From assembly GCA_951406725.2 (NCBI GenBank), contig OX597837.1, forward strand, positions 8,184,001-8,248,000: a DNA stretch of 64,000 bases, given 5' to 3'. Below the pieces are notes generated by a model. It searched no databases, was not told where the DNA came from, and was given only the letters and a program-made list of their open reading frames with translations. The translations under genes and the position numbers were made by a program. The DNA is from Octopus vulgaris (taxonomy: Eukaryota). Numbering within the stretch: the first letter of the stretch is position 1; each line of letters begins with the position of its first letter. This document shows, piece by piece, positions 11,735 to 25,245 of the stretch.

Positions 11735-12150
11735 AGGCGGCGAACTGGCAGAATCGTTAGCACACCGGGCGAAATGCGTAGCTGTATTTCGTCTGCCGTT
11801 ACGTTCTGAGTTGAAATTCCGACAAGGTCGACTTTGCCTTTCATCCTTTCGGGGTCGATAAATTAAGTACCAGTTACGCACTGGGATCGATGTAATCGAC
11901 TTAATACCTATGTATGTCCTTGTTTGTCCCCTCTGTGTTTAGCCCCTTGTGGGTAGTAAAGAAATAGGTATTTCGTCTGCTGTTACGTTCTGAGTTCAAA
12001 TTCTGCCGAGGTCGACTTTGCCTTTCATCCTTTCGGGGTCGATAAATTAAGTACCAGTTACGCACAGGGATCGATGTAATCGACTTAATACGTTTGTCTG
12101 TCCTTGTTTGTCCTCTCTGTGTTTAGCCCCTTGTGGGTAGTAAATTAATA
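11735..12150 (+). mobile_element. SINE B dimer (head plus two ~183-bp bodies)
   Basis: Body repeats from ggtatttcgtctg at ~11967; 19-bp TSD aataatatatattcgtata 11716-11734 / 12151-12169. Confidence 0.9.
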
Positions 12151-12707
12151 AATAATATATATTCGTATACATATAACCACACATATATACATGTGTTTTC
12201 AATGTGTATGTATACATGCATGTGTGAGTGTATGTGTTACGCGCTCGCGTGTATGTATGCATGCGTGCGTGCATACGTGTGTGTTTTTGTGTGAGTAACT
12301 GAATACGTGGATGATTATTTACCGGCTAGATGTCATCCATTAAGCAAGTTTTTTCATTTTTCATTTTTCTTTTTTTTCTTTCTTTTCGCTAAAGTGAAAT
12401 ATTCCATAGATTATTTTGTTATTCAGCGTCATGTAGGGCAGCGGCCGTGTCGGTGGGACTGGCAGTGGGTGTGGGTCGAAATGTCGATGTTGGGGGGCAT
12501 GGAGGGAAGGCGATCTTACAAGGTTTGCTTATATAAGCTGACGTATTTCTCTTGTCCCTGTTCCGAGTCATTTTTTTTCTTTCTACTCAAATTTATGACT
12601 CTTGTTCCTGTAACTACTACTGCACCTTCTTCTTCTTCTTCTTCTTCTTCTTCTTCTTCTTCTCTTCTTCTTCTTCTTCTTCTTCTTCTGCTACTACTAC
12701 TACTACA

Positions 12708-12738
<31 letters not shown>

Positions 12739-12860
12739 TTTTCACTTTTTCTGCTACTACTACTACAACTACTACGACTACTACTACATACATCCACACA
12801 TATATATATACATACATATATGTATATATAGGTGTATATATGTATATACATGTGTATATA

Positions 12861-12923
<63 letters not shown>

Positions 12924-12967
12924 TAAATTGATCAAAATAAAAATAAAAACATGAGGCGAAGGATTCA

Positions 12968-13043
12968 GCGGTACATATGTTTCGGGCCTTTATTAGACAG
13001 ATTTATAACAAAGCATAATGTATGTCTGTGGTTCTTCAGCCGC
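12968..13043 (-). ncRNA. Hammerhead ribozyme, left arm (small deletion at base of stem II)
   Basis: Reverse complement: gcgg CTGAAGA accacagac...ggccc GAAAC atat GTA ccgc; palindromic ACATATGT. Confidence 0.6.
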
Positions 13044-13236
13044 ACAACAGTTACAAGGACATGTGTTACATCAAAAATTCTTGGTTGGGGATGAAAATCC
13101 TCTCGTTCACGTACGACATAATGCGGCAGCAGCATAGAATTGAAGCGTCCATCTCTTTCTTCTCTCAAACGAGAGGATTTGCATCCCCAACCAAGAATTT
13201 TTGATGTAACACATGTCCTTGTGGAAGCTGTTGTGC

Positions 13237-13314
13237 GCGGCTGAAGAAGGCCACAGACATACATTATGCTTTGTTATAAATCTGTCTAATAAAGGCCCGA
13301 AACACATGTACCGC
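13237..13314 (+). ncRNA. Hammerhead ribozyme with long stem II, right arm
   Basis: gcgg CTGAAGA a ggcc (41 nt) ggcc c GAAAC acat GTA ccgc. Confidence 0.75.
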
Positions 13315-14019
13315 TGAATCCTTCGCCTCATGTTTTTATTTTTATTTTGATCAATTTACTCCACCACCTACACCACCAAACGGTATACACAGGTGCTTAT
13401 AATTATCAAGTACTCACCCCGAATTTCTATATATATATATATATATATGTAAACATATATGTATATGTATTCATATATGTGCGCATATACATATGTATAT
13501 ATGTATATATATATTTGCATATATGTATATATATATGTGTGTATGCATGTATATGTGTATATATGTTTATATATATATATATATTTGTTTATATGTATAT
13601 TTATATATATATATGTATTTATATATATATGTGTGTTTATATTTACATGCATATATAGATATATTTAATCAATATAAGGGTAGTAAAAAATTCAATAGAT
13701 ATTTTTTGCCACCAGCGGTCTAGTGAGAAAGAGAAAATAGTCACAGACTATGTATATAATTTGAAAAAATGTTGAAAAAAAAAATATATATATAGATATA
13801 GATATCTGTATATATACATATGCATATATATATATATGTGTGTATAAATGTATATATATATGCTTATATATGTATATATATATGTGTGTATATATATATG
13901 CATTAATGTATATATATATATATATATAATTATAAGCTGAGATAAGAGAATTAAATCACAAACACCGAAATATTTTCTAATCAATGGACTAGACAGTGTG
14001 CAATACATGCGCAGATAAA

Positions 14020-14270
14020 AAATGGTTCAGCATCAATAATATAAAAGTATCATTTTAATGCGTAAAACAGAGCTAAATCCAAAGTACACATTAATAGATA
14101 TTAATACACTAGTTGTGCCAGTGATAAGGTATCTTGTCTCTTGACGTTAAGTAAATTAGGAAGAATGAATAACTAAACCAAAAGCGAAAAATGCAGTAAT
14201 AGTAGGTTGAACGGTAATACATCACGCAAAATGAGATTTAGAAAAATATTATATTCATCTTCCTTGTTTG
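14020..14270 (+). pseudogene. R4/Dong-like non-LTR RT relic
   Basis: ILMRKTELNPKYTLIDINTLVVPVIRYL (14052-) and HHAK*DLEKYYI resemble IL.S.LN..N...AINT.A.PV..Y and HHP..D..RLY. Confidence 0.55.
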
Positions 14271-14543
14271 AAAACTTAAGGACACAGAACGCTTTTTTCA
14301 CATATCCAACTAGAAATTATGTTTCCTAGGGCTAAATAGCAGTAGAATTCTTCCCCTTCCTGGGACTGTCACATTAAGTTGGCAACAAACCAACACTTTA
14401 TCGTGCTCCTGCTGTATAAATCTCTCTGAGAGATTTAGAAATCCAATATTTCTAATTTTGTAGATCAGTGAATTTATTTCATTTGGAATTCTATAAGTTT
14501 TCAAAGGCGAATAAGCAGCGACTGCTAAGCAAGCCAAGCCACT

Positions 14544-14584
14544 CCAGACTGACGAAGAGCAATGACTCTGAAACTAGTCTCTGG
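14544..14584 (+). ncRNA. Minimal type-I hammerhead ribozyme, fully canonical
   Basis: ccaga CTGACGA agag caatga ctct GAAAC ta GTC tctgg; palindromic ACTAGT; stem I extendable to ~14528/14599. Confidence 0.85.
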
Positions 14585-14796
14585 GTGCTGGCTTTGCTGG
14601 GTGGAGGTGCTTATCTCCCCTGTTTGAAAACTTTAGGATACATAGCGCTTGTGTCACATAGCCAAATCGAAACGGCAAATGAGCGCACATGCAAAAAATC
14701 TTTACGTACACGGGGTACAACACAAAGAGCTGCGCTTGATTGTGCTGTGAGAGAACCTAATGTAATACACGCATGCGCTGTGTGTGTATGTATGTA

Positions 14797-14971
14797 GGCG
14801 CAGGAGTGGCTGTGTGGTTAGTAGCTTGCTTACCAACCACATGGTTCCGGGTTCAGTCCCACTGCGTGGCACCTTGGGCAAGTGTCTTCCACTATAGCCT
14901 CGGGCCGACCAAAGCCTTGTGAGTGGATTTGGTAGACGGAAACTGAAAGAAGCCCGTCGTATATATGTATG

Positions 14972-15004
<33 letters not shown>

Positions 15005-15226
15005 GTATGTGTATATGTTTGTGTGTCTGTGTTTGTCCCTCCAACATCGCTTGACAACCGATGCTGGTGTGTTTACGTGCCCGTAACATAGCGGTTCGGC
15101 AAAAGAGACCAATAGAATAAGTACTAGGCTTACAAAGAATAAGTCCTGGGGTCGATTTACTCGACTAAAGGCGGTGCTTCAGCATGGCCGCAGTCAAATG
15201 ACTGAAACAAGTAAAAGAGTAAAGAG
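14797..15226 (+). mobile_element. SINE family A, full length
   Basis: Near-consensus head, body and (taaaagag) tail. Confidence 0.92.
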
Positions 15227-15429
15227 CATATGTTTATGCTTATACGTATACGCATATATATGTAGATATCGGTACGAACGTATATGTGTACAGTTGCGTG
15301 TATGTGAGCGTGCATGTGTTGTATGTGGGTGTGTGTGGGGGTGTGTGTGCAGCGATAATGAAATTCACAAAAAAAATGCAAATACATTGTTCGGTTGAGT
15401 GGGCACAAAACCAAATTAACATGAGCGTC

Positions 15430-16020
15430 ATCATCGTCATCACCACCACCACCACCATTATCATCACCGTTGTCATCACCACCACCACCACCACCACCAC
15501 CACCGCCAGCACTATCGCCACCACCGCCACCACCACCATTATCATCACCGTTGTCATCATCACCACCACCACTAACAACAACAACAACAACAACACCGCC
15601 ACCACCATCACCACCACCACCCATCGCCACCCACCACCACCACTATCGCCACCACCACCACCACCATTATCATCACCGTTGTCATCATCACCACCACCAC
15701 TAACAACAACAACAACAACAACACCGCCACCACCATCACCACCACCACTATCGCCACCACCACCACCACCACCATTATCATCACCGTTGTCATCATCACC
15801 ACCACCACTAACAACAACAACAACAACACCGCCACCACCACCACCACCACCACCACTATCGCCACCACCACCACCACCACCATTATCATCACCGTTGTCA
15901 TCATCACCACCACCACTAACAACAACAACAACAACACCACCACCACCACCACCAATACCACCACTATCGCCACCACCACCACCACCATTATCATCACCAT
16001 TGTCATCATCATCAACACCA
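15430..16020. repeat. Higher-order ~105-128-bp minisatellite built of CAC/CAT/AAC triplets
   Basis: accattatcatcacc(g/a)ttgtcatca at 15454, 15535, 15663, 15771, 15879 and 15984. Confidence 0.9.
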
Positions 16021-16757
16021 GCAATATGGGGGAAAATGGTATAAATATAACAAAAACAAAACAACAACATTAATAATAATAATTATAATGACAATAATAA
16101 AAAGGGTGGCGATGATAATAATAACGTGTAGGAATAATAATGGTGAAACAATGAGGGAGAGAGGGTGAGAGAGAGGGAGAGATAGAGAGGGGGGATGGAG
16201 AGGGGGATGGAGTGGGCGAGTACTGACAGTTAAGTTCACGCAGGTAAAACCGTTCGAAATCAAAAGGATTTAATATTTGAAGCGAAAAACAAGTTTACTT
16301 CAGCTGAAAAACAATCAATCGATTCAGAGAAATACACAAACAACAACAACAAAAACAACTAAAAACAAAGAAAACAGACGTTCGAACGTTGACACGCATG
16401 CGCACACATGCACCCGCACATACATGCGGACGCATACGCATACATTTATGAAGATGTAGAGGCGTACAGACATGCACACACGCAGAGGAACACGTTGCAA
16501 GCAGCAATGTCATACACTCACACGCAAATATGCACGTACGTACGCGCACATACGCGCCTATGTTCATGTTTGTACGCTAGAAATATGCATACGCGTATGG
16601 TTATGTGCGTTCTTATATGTGTGTGTGTGTCTGTGTGAGTATGTATATGCATGTATGTATGTGTGTGTATGTATAAAAAAATCATTCATATATCTATCTA
16701 TCTATCTATCTATCTATATATATATATATATATATATTCATGCAAATACATATATAC

Positions 16758-16865
<108 letters not shown>

Positions 16866-17097
16866 GCACAGTCATACATGCATTACGTACGTATGTAGAT
16901 ATATACATGTTCATATATATTTGTAAACACACAGAGATGTATATGTATATCATATACACACAAACACACATACACATATATGTTTACATACATGCATTCA
17001 GAAATAGATTTGGGTGTGCTTGTGTATATATTTATATATGTGTGTAAATCAACATGCAATTAAAGGTAAACAGGGCGTGTATTTTAACAAACAAAAC

Positions 17098-17134
<37 letters not shown>

Positions 17135-17207
17135 CTGTATCCCTTTCGTTCTCTTCCCTCTTTTCTTGCTCTTTCTCTCTCTTTCCTTTAATCTGTCCCT
17201 TTCAATA

Positions 17208-17266
<59 letters not shown>

Positions 17267-17660
17267 ATACATATATATATATATATGTACACATATATAT
17301 ACACACATATATTGTATACTACTTCCCGTTCTAGCGTCTCTCACATGAAAAACAAAGTGCCAAACGTTTTATGTTCGGTGTTAGAATTTGTTAGATTTTC
17401 GTAGGCTTCAGTTATTTTGTTCCGTGGTTGAAGACGGCTTAACGTCATACCCAGAAGTCGTCTGCTTGCTTTGTACATTTCATTGAAGGCCATTGTTCTG
17501 CTGCTTTGTCGTCGCTTTTGTTGTTGTTGTGGTTGTTGTTTTGCACCTTGAGTGGCGTGTTTTCATTTTCCATGGCGCTGCTTTATCAAAGTTCTTCTGG
17601 CTCCTTCCACTTTGCAGATTTGACGACAAAGATTTAGACAGATGTTTATATATATATATG

Positions 17661-17758
17661 ACGGGGTGGCGTCATTTGAAGGCTAAAACAATGCGAACCG
17701 CATTGTGACCAGCGATGTGTAGCAACATCTGATAGCCTGGACGGTCACGCTGATCACG

Positions 17759-17762
<4 letters not shown>
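17661..17762 (+). mobile_element. SINE D 3' tail fragment
   Basis: ggggtggcgtcatttgaaggctaaaacaatgcga..gaccagcgatgtgtagcaacatctgatagcctgg; also at 52981 (+) and 18421 (-). Confidence 0.75.
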
Positions 17763-17799
<37 letters not shown>

Positions 17800-17885
17800 A
17801 GAGAGAGAGAGAGAGAGATTTAGATAGACAGACAGGCAGATAGAGAGATAGATAGATAGATACATACATAGATAGACAGAAAAGC

Positions 17886-17952
<67 letters not shown>

Positions 17953-17981
17953 CAGATAGACAGACAGGCAGGCAGGCAGGC

Positions 17982-18019
<38 letters not shown>

Positions 18020-18250
18020 GTAGATAGGTAGATAGATAGATACATACATACATACATAGAAAGAAAGATAGATAGATAGATGATAGATAGATAAATAGAT
18101 AGATAGATAGACAAGCAGATGAATGGATAGAGAGATAGATACAAACTGCTTCTTATTCTATGTGTGTGTATAATATATATGATAAAGATTTGAGCTACGA
18201 ATTATTTCATGAATCGAATTCTCCATGTGCTCAGACCCTTCAGATTGCTT

Positions 18251-18330
<80 letters not shown>

Positions 18331-18420
18331 ACTCACTCACTCACTCACACACACATACACTCACACATGCATATCTCACTGTATTAATCAGACTATTGAA
18401 TGATGTTTTATACCGCTGAT

Positions 18421-18668
18421 TACAATGCGCTTTGCACCGTTTTAGCTTTCAAATGATGCCACCTGTCTGGCTAGGCGAGCAGGCAAGCATTCGCCCTTTG
18501 ATCAGGAAGTTAATTCGTTACACGGTTACCCTTTACGGCCGATTGGACTGAAGGAAGGTGATATGAAGTGCCTTGCCCAAGAATACAACCCGCAGCTAGT
18601 CTGAGAATCGAAGCTCAAGATCGTGAGAACGTCAGTGACACGCACCTAACCATTATGCCACGCGAACT
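18421..18668 (-). mobile_element. Degenerate SINE family D
   Basis: tRNA-like head (ctaaccattatgccacg, gaatcgaa), aagtgccttgcccaaga central motif, D tail. Confidence 0.65.
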
Positions 18669-19054
18669 CATGTGTGTGTGTGTGTGTTTGTGTGAATGTG
18701 TGTCTATGTGTGTGTATGTGTGTGTATGTGTGTGTGCTTGTGTGTGTGTATGTATGTGTGTATGTGCCTGTATGTGTGCATGTATGTGTGTGTATGTATG
18801 TATCGCCGCATGTATCCATTATGTGTGCATATATATATGCGTGTGTATGTGTGTGCATGTGTGTATATGTATGTGTGTGTATGTGTGTATGTGTGTGTAT
18901 GTATATGTGTGTTCATGTGTATGTGTGTGTGTTTATGCATGTGTGTGTTTATGCATGTGTGTATGTTGAGTGTATGTATGTATTTGGGTATGTGCTTATG
19001 TGTATGTATGTGTGCGTGTATGTATGTATCTCAGCATGTGTACATGTATGTGTG

Positions 19055-19091
<37 letters not shown>

Positions 19092-19653
19092 GTGTGTATG
19101 TTTGAGTCCATGTATGTGTGAGTATTCATGTGTATGCATATGCGTGTGTTCATGTGCATGTGTGTGTGTTTATGCATGTGTGTAAGTGTGTATATGTATG
19201 TCTGTGTGTGTGTATAAAATACCTCGAATCAATCCGCTCGTCGTTAAAAAAATAAAACTCTCATTGTACAGAGAGTGGGAGAGAAATTCAGGCTTCTAGG
19301 GTGGTTTCTTTACCTATCAACCGGTAATTTTCAGATTTTCAGTCTATTTCGAGAGTTTAGTAAATGCATGCAGAGGGAACAACACAAAGGACTGCAAACA
19401 ACGGCAGCAAGAGTAACAACAACAATTGGACAGTAAGCGAAAAAAAAAAAAAAAAGATACCACCCCCTAGTTGTTAAAAAAAGAAAAATCAAAAAATTAG
19501 AATAAGCAGAACCTCCGTCATGAAATTTATGGAAAGCCACGGAACTGGTTTCGTGAAAGGAACGGCGATGCTTTTGGAACATTGCCTGCGTCTGGTAGAT
19601 GGAGAAACCTGTTTGTTGAGTCCATTCAAGGCAGGTATTAACATCTGCGCGAC

Positions 19654-19757
<104 letters not shown>

Positions 19758-19777
19758 GTATATATATATATTATATG

Positions 19778-19842
<65 letters not shown>

Positions 19843-19957
19843 GTATGTATATATGTATGTATATATATATGTATATATGAATATATATATATGTACATAT
19901 ATTTGTATATATATATATGTATGCATATGTATATATATGTACATGTATGTATGTATG

Positions 19958-20274
19958 ACTGGTACTTAATTTATCGACCCCGAAAGGATGAAAGGCAAAG
20001 TCGACCTCGGCGGAATTTGAACTCAGAACGTAAAGACAGATGAAATCCCTATTTCTTTACTACCCACAAGGGGCTAAACACAGAGAAGACAAACAAGGAC
20101 AGAGAAACGGATTAAGTCGATTACATCGACTCCAGTGCGTAACGGATACTTAATGTATCGACCCCGAAAGAATGAAAGGCAAAGTCGACCTCGGCGGAAT
20201 TTAAACTCAGAACGTAGCGGCAGACGAAATACCGCTAAGTATTTCGCCCGGCCTGCTAACGTGTCTGCCAGCTC
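19958..20274 (-). mobile_element. SINE B plus partial tandem second body
   Basis: Reverse complement of the B head and body, with a second body joined at gaaatccctatttc. Confidence 0.88.
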
Positions 20275-20619
20275 TACATACATAAAATCACTAACATTGA
20301 TATGTTTTTGCGTTTGTGCATTTGTGTGTGTATGATTTTATAAACAATTCTTGTTTATTTAGAAAGTTTTTGGAATGGCAGCGTAGCATTAAATAAACAG
20401 ATTCTATGAAACTAAACTAAATTAGAAATCATGCGCTTAGCATTTTTCTTTTGTTTTTTTTTTGTCTCTCTTTTATTTCCCACCATTCTTACCGCATCCG
20501 GCTTCTGGAATCTACACTTGGAGGAGGACATCCGTCCATTGAACCATATGAAAATATGTCCGTGACAATACTTGCTTTAATTCTTTCACGTGATTGTTGT
20601 TTTCGCTTTCATCTGCATG

Positions 20620-20690
20620 ATTCATCGGCATCATCGCCGCCATTGCCGTCACCTTCATCGTCGTCGTCATCATCATCATCATCACCGTCG

Positions 20691-20723
<33 letters not shown>

Positions 20724-20776
20724 CCACCACCACCACCACCACCACCACTACCACCACCACCACCACCACCACCACC

Positions 20777-20834
<58 letters not shown>

Positions 20835-21039
20835 CCTTCATCATCGCCAGCAGCAGCAGAATCGTCGTCATTGTTGTCGTCATCGTGTCGTTGTCATCCC
20901 ATTGAATGTCCTCCTTGCAATCCTCCTCCGCCTTGTCCTCCTCGTCCTCTTTCACATCGGCATCACCACCGCCACTACTTCTCCCATGATGATGATGATG
21001 TTGATGAAGATGATGATGAACCTCCTCCTCTTCACCACC

Positions 21040-21070
<31 letters not shown>

Positions 21071-21570
21071 CTGTCACCTTCGTTAACATAATCACCATTA
21101 AGACTGCAACCGCCACCAGTTTTAACACCACCAGATTTAACACCACTACCACCACCACCAACAACAACAACATCAGCAACAACAAGAACACCACCACCAA
21201 CAACATAAACAACACTACTACCACAACCATCATAATCGTCATCATCATCATCGTCACCATCATCATCATGACTTTCATCATCATCATCATCACTCTCATC
21301 ACCCTCATCATCGTCTTTAACAACATTACGGCAACCACTGTCAATACAACCACCAGCACCAGCACCACCACCACCGCCACCACTAATTCCACCAACATCA
21401 TCGCCATGCACACCATCATCCTCGCCGTCATCGTTGTCGACGTCAGCGTCATCACCATCAACATCATCATCGTTATTGTCGTCATACTCTCACCTCTTCC
21501 TCTTCCTCCTTCATCTCTTCCTCCTCCTCCTCGTCATCATCTTCATCATCATCATCGACTACAACGATAA
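20620..21570. repeat. (CAT)n/(CAC)n cryptic triplet repeat
   Basis: Directly visible. Confidence 0.95.
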
Positions 21571-21977
21571 TTATCATGGATATCATTTTTGCTTTGTTTT
21601 ATGTTTTTTATGTTTTTTTGCTTCTCCCCTCAAGTATTTATTGAAAAAGGAGAAAATTTATTCATTAAAAATAAACAATGGCTACGTGCCGGATCATGTA
21701 TGCATGATGGGTAAATTGCCGTAGGTGTCGCTTCCGCTAGTGAACATTGCGTATGATTGATTAGTTATGTCTTCTATAATCACGTGTTTGTATAGGATTC
21801 TAAACAAACGTTCCATTTCGGTTTAATAAATACATTAGACTTGTCTTAACTCGTGTCATAATGTGCTTTAGTCATATCGCAAGTCAGTCGTATGCTAGTC
21901 CAGTCAGATGGTAGCCCTGTCATAAATACTCCAGTTGCACTCTGACTACACGTTTATACGTTGAAATTATACTGTAA

Positions 21978-22015
<38 letters not shown>

Positions 22016-22782
22016 CTCTTTCTCTTTCCTCTTTTACTTGTTTTAGTCATTTGATTGCGGCCACGCTGGAGCACCGCCTTTTAGTCGAGCAAATCGACCC
22101 CAGGACTTGTTCTTTGTAAGCCTAGTACTTATCCTATCGGTCTCTTTTGACGAACCGCTAAGTAACGGGGACGTAAACACATCAGCATCGGTTGTCAAGC
22201 GATATTGGGAAGACAAACACAGACACACACATATATATATATACACATATATATATACGACGGGCTTCTTTCAGTTTCCGTCTACCAAATCCACTCACAA
22301 GGCTTTGGTCGGCCCGAGGCTATAGTAGAAGACACTTGCCCAAGGTGCCACGCAGTGGGACTGAACCCGGAACTGTGTGATTGGTAAGCAAGCTACTTAC
22401 CACACAGCCACAGTTGATTGCGGCCATGGTGGGGCACTGCCTTCAGTCGAACAAATCGACCACAGGACTTATTCTTTGTAAGCCTAGTACTTATTCTGTC
22501 GGTAACTTTTGCCGAACCGCTGTTACACGGACGTAAACACACCAACATTGGTTGTCAAGTGATGGTGGGAGGACAAACACAGATAGACAGAAACATACGC
22601 ACACACACACATGCATACATATACCATGGGCTTCTTTCAGTTTCCGTCTACCAAATCCACTCAAAAGGCTTTGGTGGACCCGAGGCTATAGTAGAAATCA
22701 CTTGCCGAAGTTGCTACACAGTGGGACTGAACCCAGGTGCATATGGTTGCTAACCAAGCTATTTACCACGCAGCCACACCTG
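22016..22782 (-). mobile_element. Two tandem SINE A copies (22016-22411, 22412-22782)
   Basis: Two successive reverse-complement matches to family A. Confidence 0.9.
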
Positions 22783-22789
22783 TTCTTAT

Positions 22790-22857
<68 letters not shown>

Positions 22858-23376
22858 GTGTGTGTGTATATGCATGTTCACGTCCGTTTAATTCAATCTA
22901 ATTTATTTTATTTATTTCTTTTTATCTACTTACTTTTTCATTTCTTCTTTTTTTTATATAAATTAAATTTGATATAATTTATATTTTGTTTATGTATTTA
23001 ATTATGTAATTACATTTATTTATCTGTCGATTGCATTAGTTTCATATTATTATTAGTTTATGGGTATCTTATTCTCTCACACCCTCCACACAAGCCACAA
23101 ACTATTTCAGACTTAGGCATGCACAAATATAGACACGTGCAACAGGAATGCAAAATGGCAGATCGTTAGGAAGGAGAGACACAAAAATGAAAGAAGGAAG
23201 TCAAGGGTCGCTGATGAGGCCACAGAATACGAAGTAAAGCTGAAGCAACTGATCACCAAATATACAGTGCGTGTGTTTTCATTAGCGAAATTGGCAACAT
23301 GACCGTACAAGAAACAACAACATCTGTTTCAGCGTATGAGTGCACATCAAGAATCTTGCAAATCGAATGCATAAAC

Positions 23377-23433
<57 letters not shown>

Positions 23434-23861
23434 CATACACACATACTCACACATATATTTATTTATATATAGATATATTTTTTAATATCCATATTTATAT
23501 ATATATATATCTATATTTATGTATATATATATATGCACATATATACATATATATATTTATATATACATATACATATATATATACATATTCATATATGTAT
23601 ATATATATATTTGCATATATGTATATTCATATATATATTTATACATATATATAAGTATATATATACACACATATTCATAAATGTATATATATATTTACAT
23701 ATATATATATTTGTATATACATATATATTCATATATGTATACATATATATATTTATATATATAAACATATAAATTCATATATGTATATATGTATATATAT
23801 GTATATACATATATATTCATACATATATATATATATATATAAGTATATATATACACACATA

Positions 23862-23906
<45 letters not shown>

Positions 23907-24360
23907 GCATATATATATAATATATGTTGATATACACGTATACATGCACATTAATATCTATAGGCACATACACACATACACAGACACACTCACACTCACA
24001 AAAATTCATATGTGTGTATATAAATCTACATATATTAGAGAGCTTTCTCGAACCATTGCGTACGTTAGCGAATACAAATATACAATTATAAAAACGAATA
24101 TGAACCATTCGATAGTACATCGAAGTCAATGCCATTTATGATATTACTAAGAGCACTAATAACATATCACATTTATCATATATAACAATATACTATTGAA
24201 ACTATCAAAAAGATAATTATCGTAGATGTAACAATATTAAATAGATACAATGAATATATAATGCAATCATGAATCCATCTTTAATATTCCGCCGCCACGG
24301 ACGTACCGACGCACACCACGCTGATTTGAGCTGTGTGTTTGTGTGTGTGTGTCTATATGC

Positions 24361-24483
<123 letters not shown>

Positions 24484-24484
24484 T

Positions 24485-24522
<38 letters not shown>

Positions 24523-24655
24523 GTATGTATATATATATATAGAAAAAATATATATATATATATATATGTTTGCATGTATACATAAAAATTTATATACATA
24601 CATATATAAATATTAATATATATGTATGTACATATATATATATGAGAGAGAGTGG

Positions 24656-24777
<122 letters not shown>

Positions 24778-25175
24778 CATATATATATATACACACACAC
24801 ATACATATATATACACACACACGCACACATATATATATATACATACCTATATATATATATATATATATACGCCTTTCAATTTACAAATAAGAGAGATGTA
24901 GTCTGGAGATAAATAAATTATTAGTATGTTGATACTCCTTTGTTTCAATGCCACTTTGTGCTGCCGAGATTATTATCTGTAGAATCTATAGAATATTTGC
25001 CATTATCGTAGATATTAAAATAGATGTAATCGCATTGTTTTATATTCTGTATCTCCTTATAAGTAGAAAAACAAGAACTGTCCTCGTGAGTTTCAGTACC
25101 GTTTTGGGACTTCATTGCTGAGATTGTCCACTCTTTAATTATCCACAAACACGCTGACTTGAACCTCGCCTAAAT

Positions 25176-25241
<66 letters not shown>

Positions 25242-25245
<4 letters not shown>

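Larger units (their letters stand above)
12924..13428 (+). mobile_element. Fold-back element (arms 12924-13107 / 13168-13358) with an HHR in each arm and a 3' extension
   Basis: ~185-bp near-identical inverted arms, 60-bp spacer, (TA)n on both sides. Confidence 0.88.

Noticed and set aside
12924-13358. Long inverted repeats as miRNA precursors or standard MITEs
   Set aside because: Arms are too long for pre-miRNA; the asymmetric extension, no visible TSD and HHR cores fit PLE-type inversions better.
15240-16070. Gly-rich / extensin-like Pro-rich ORFs
   Set aside because: Explained by the composite triplet minisatellite; open on both strands.
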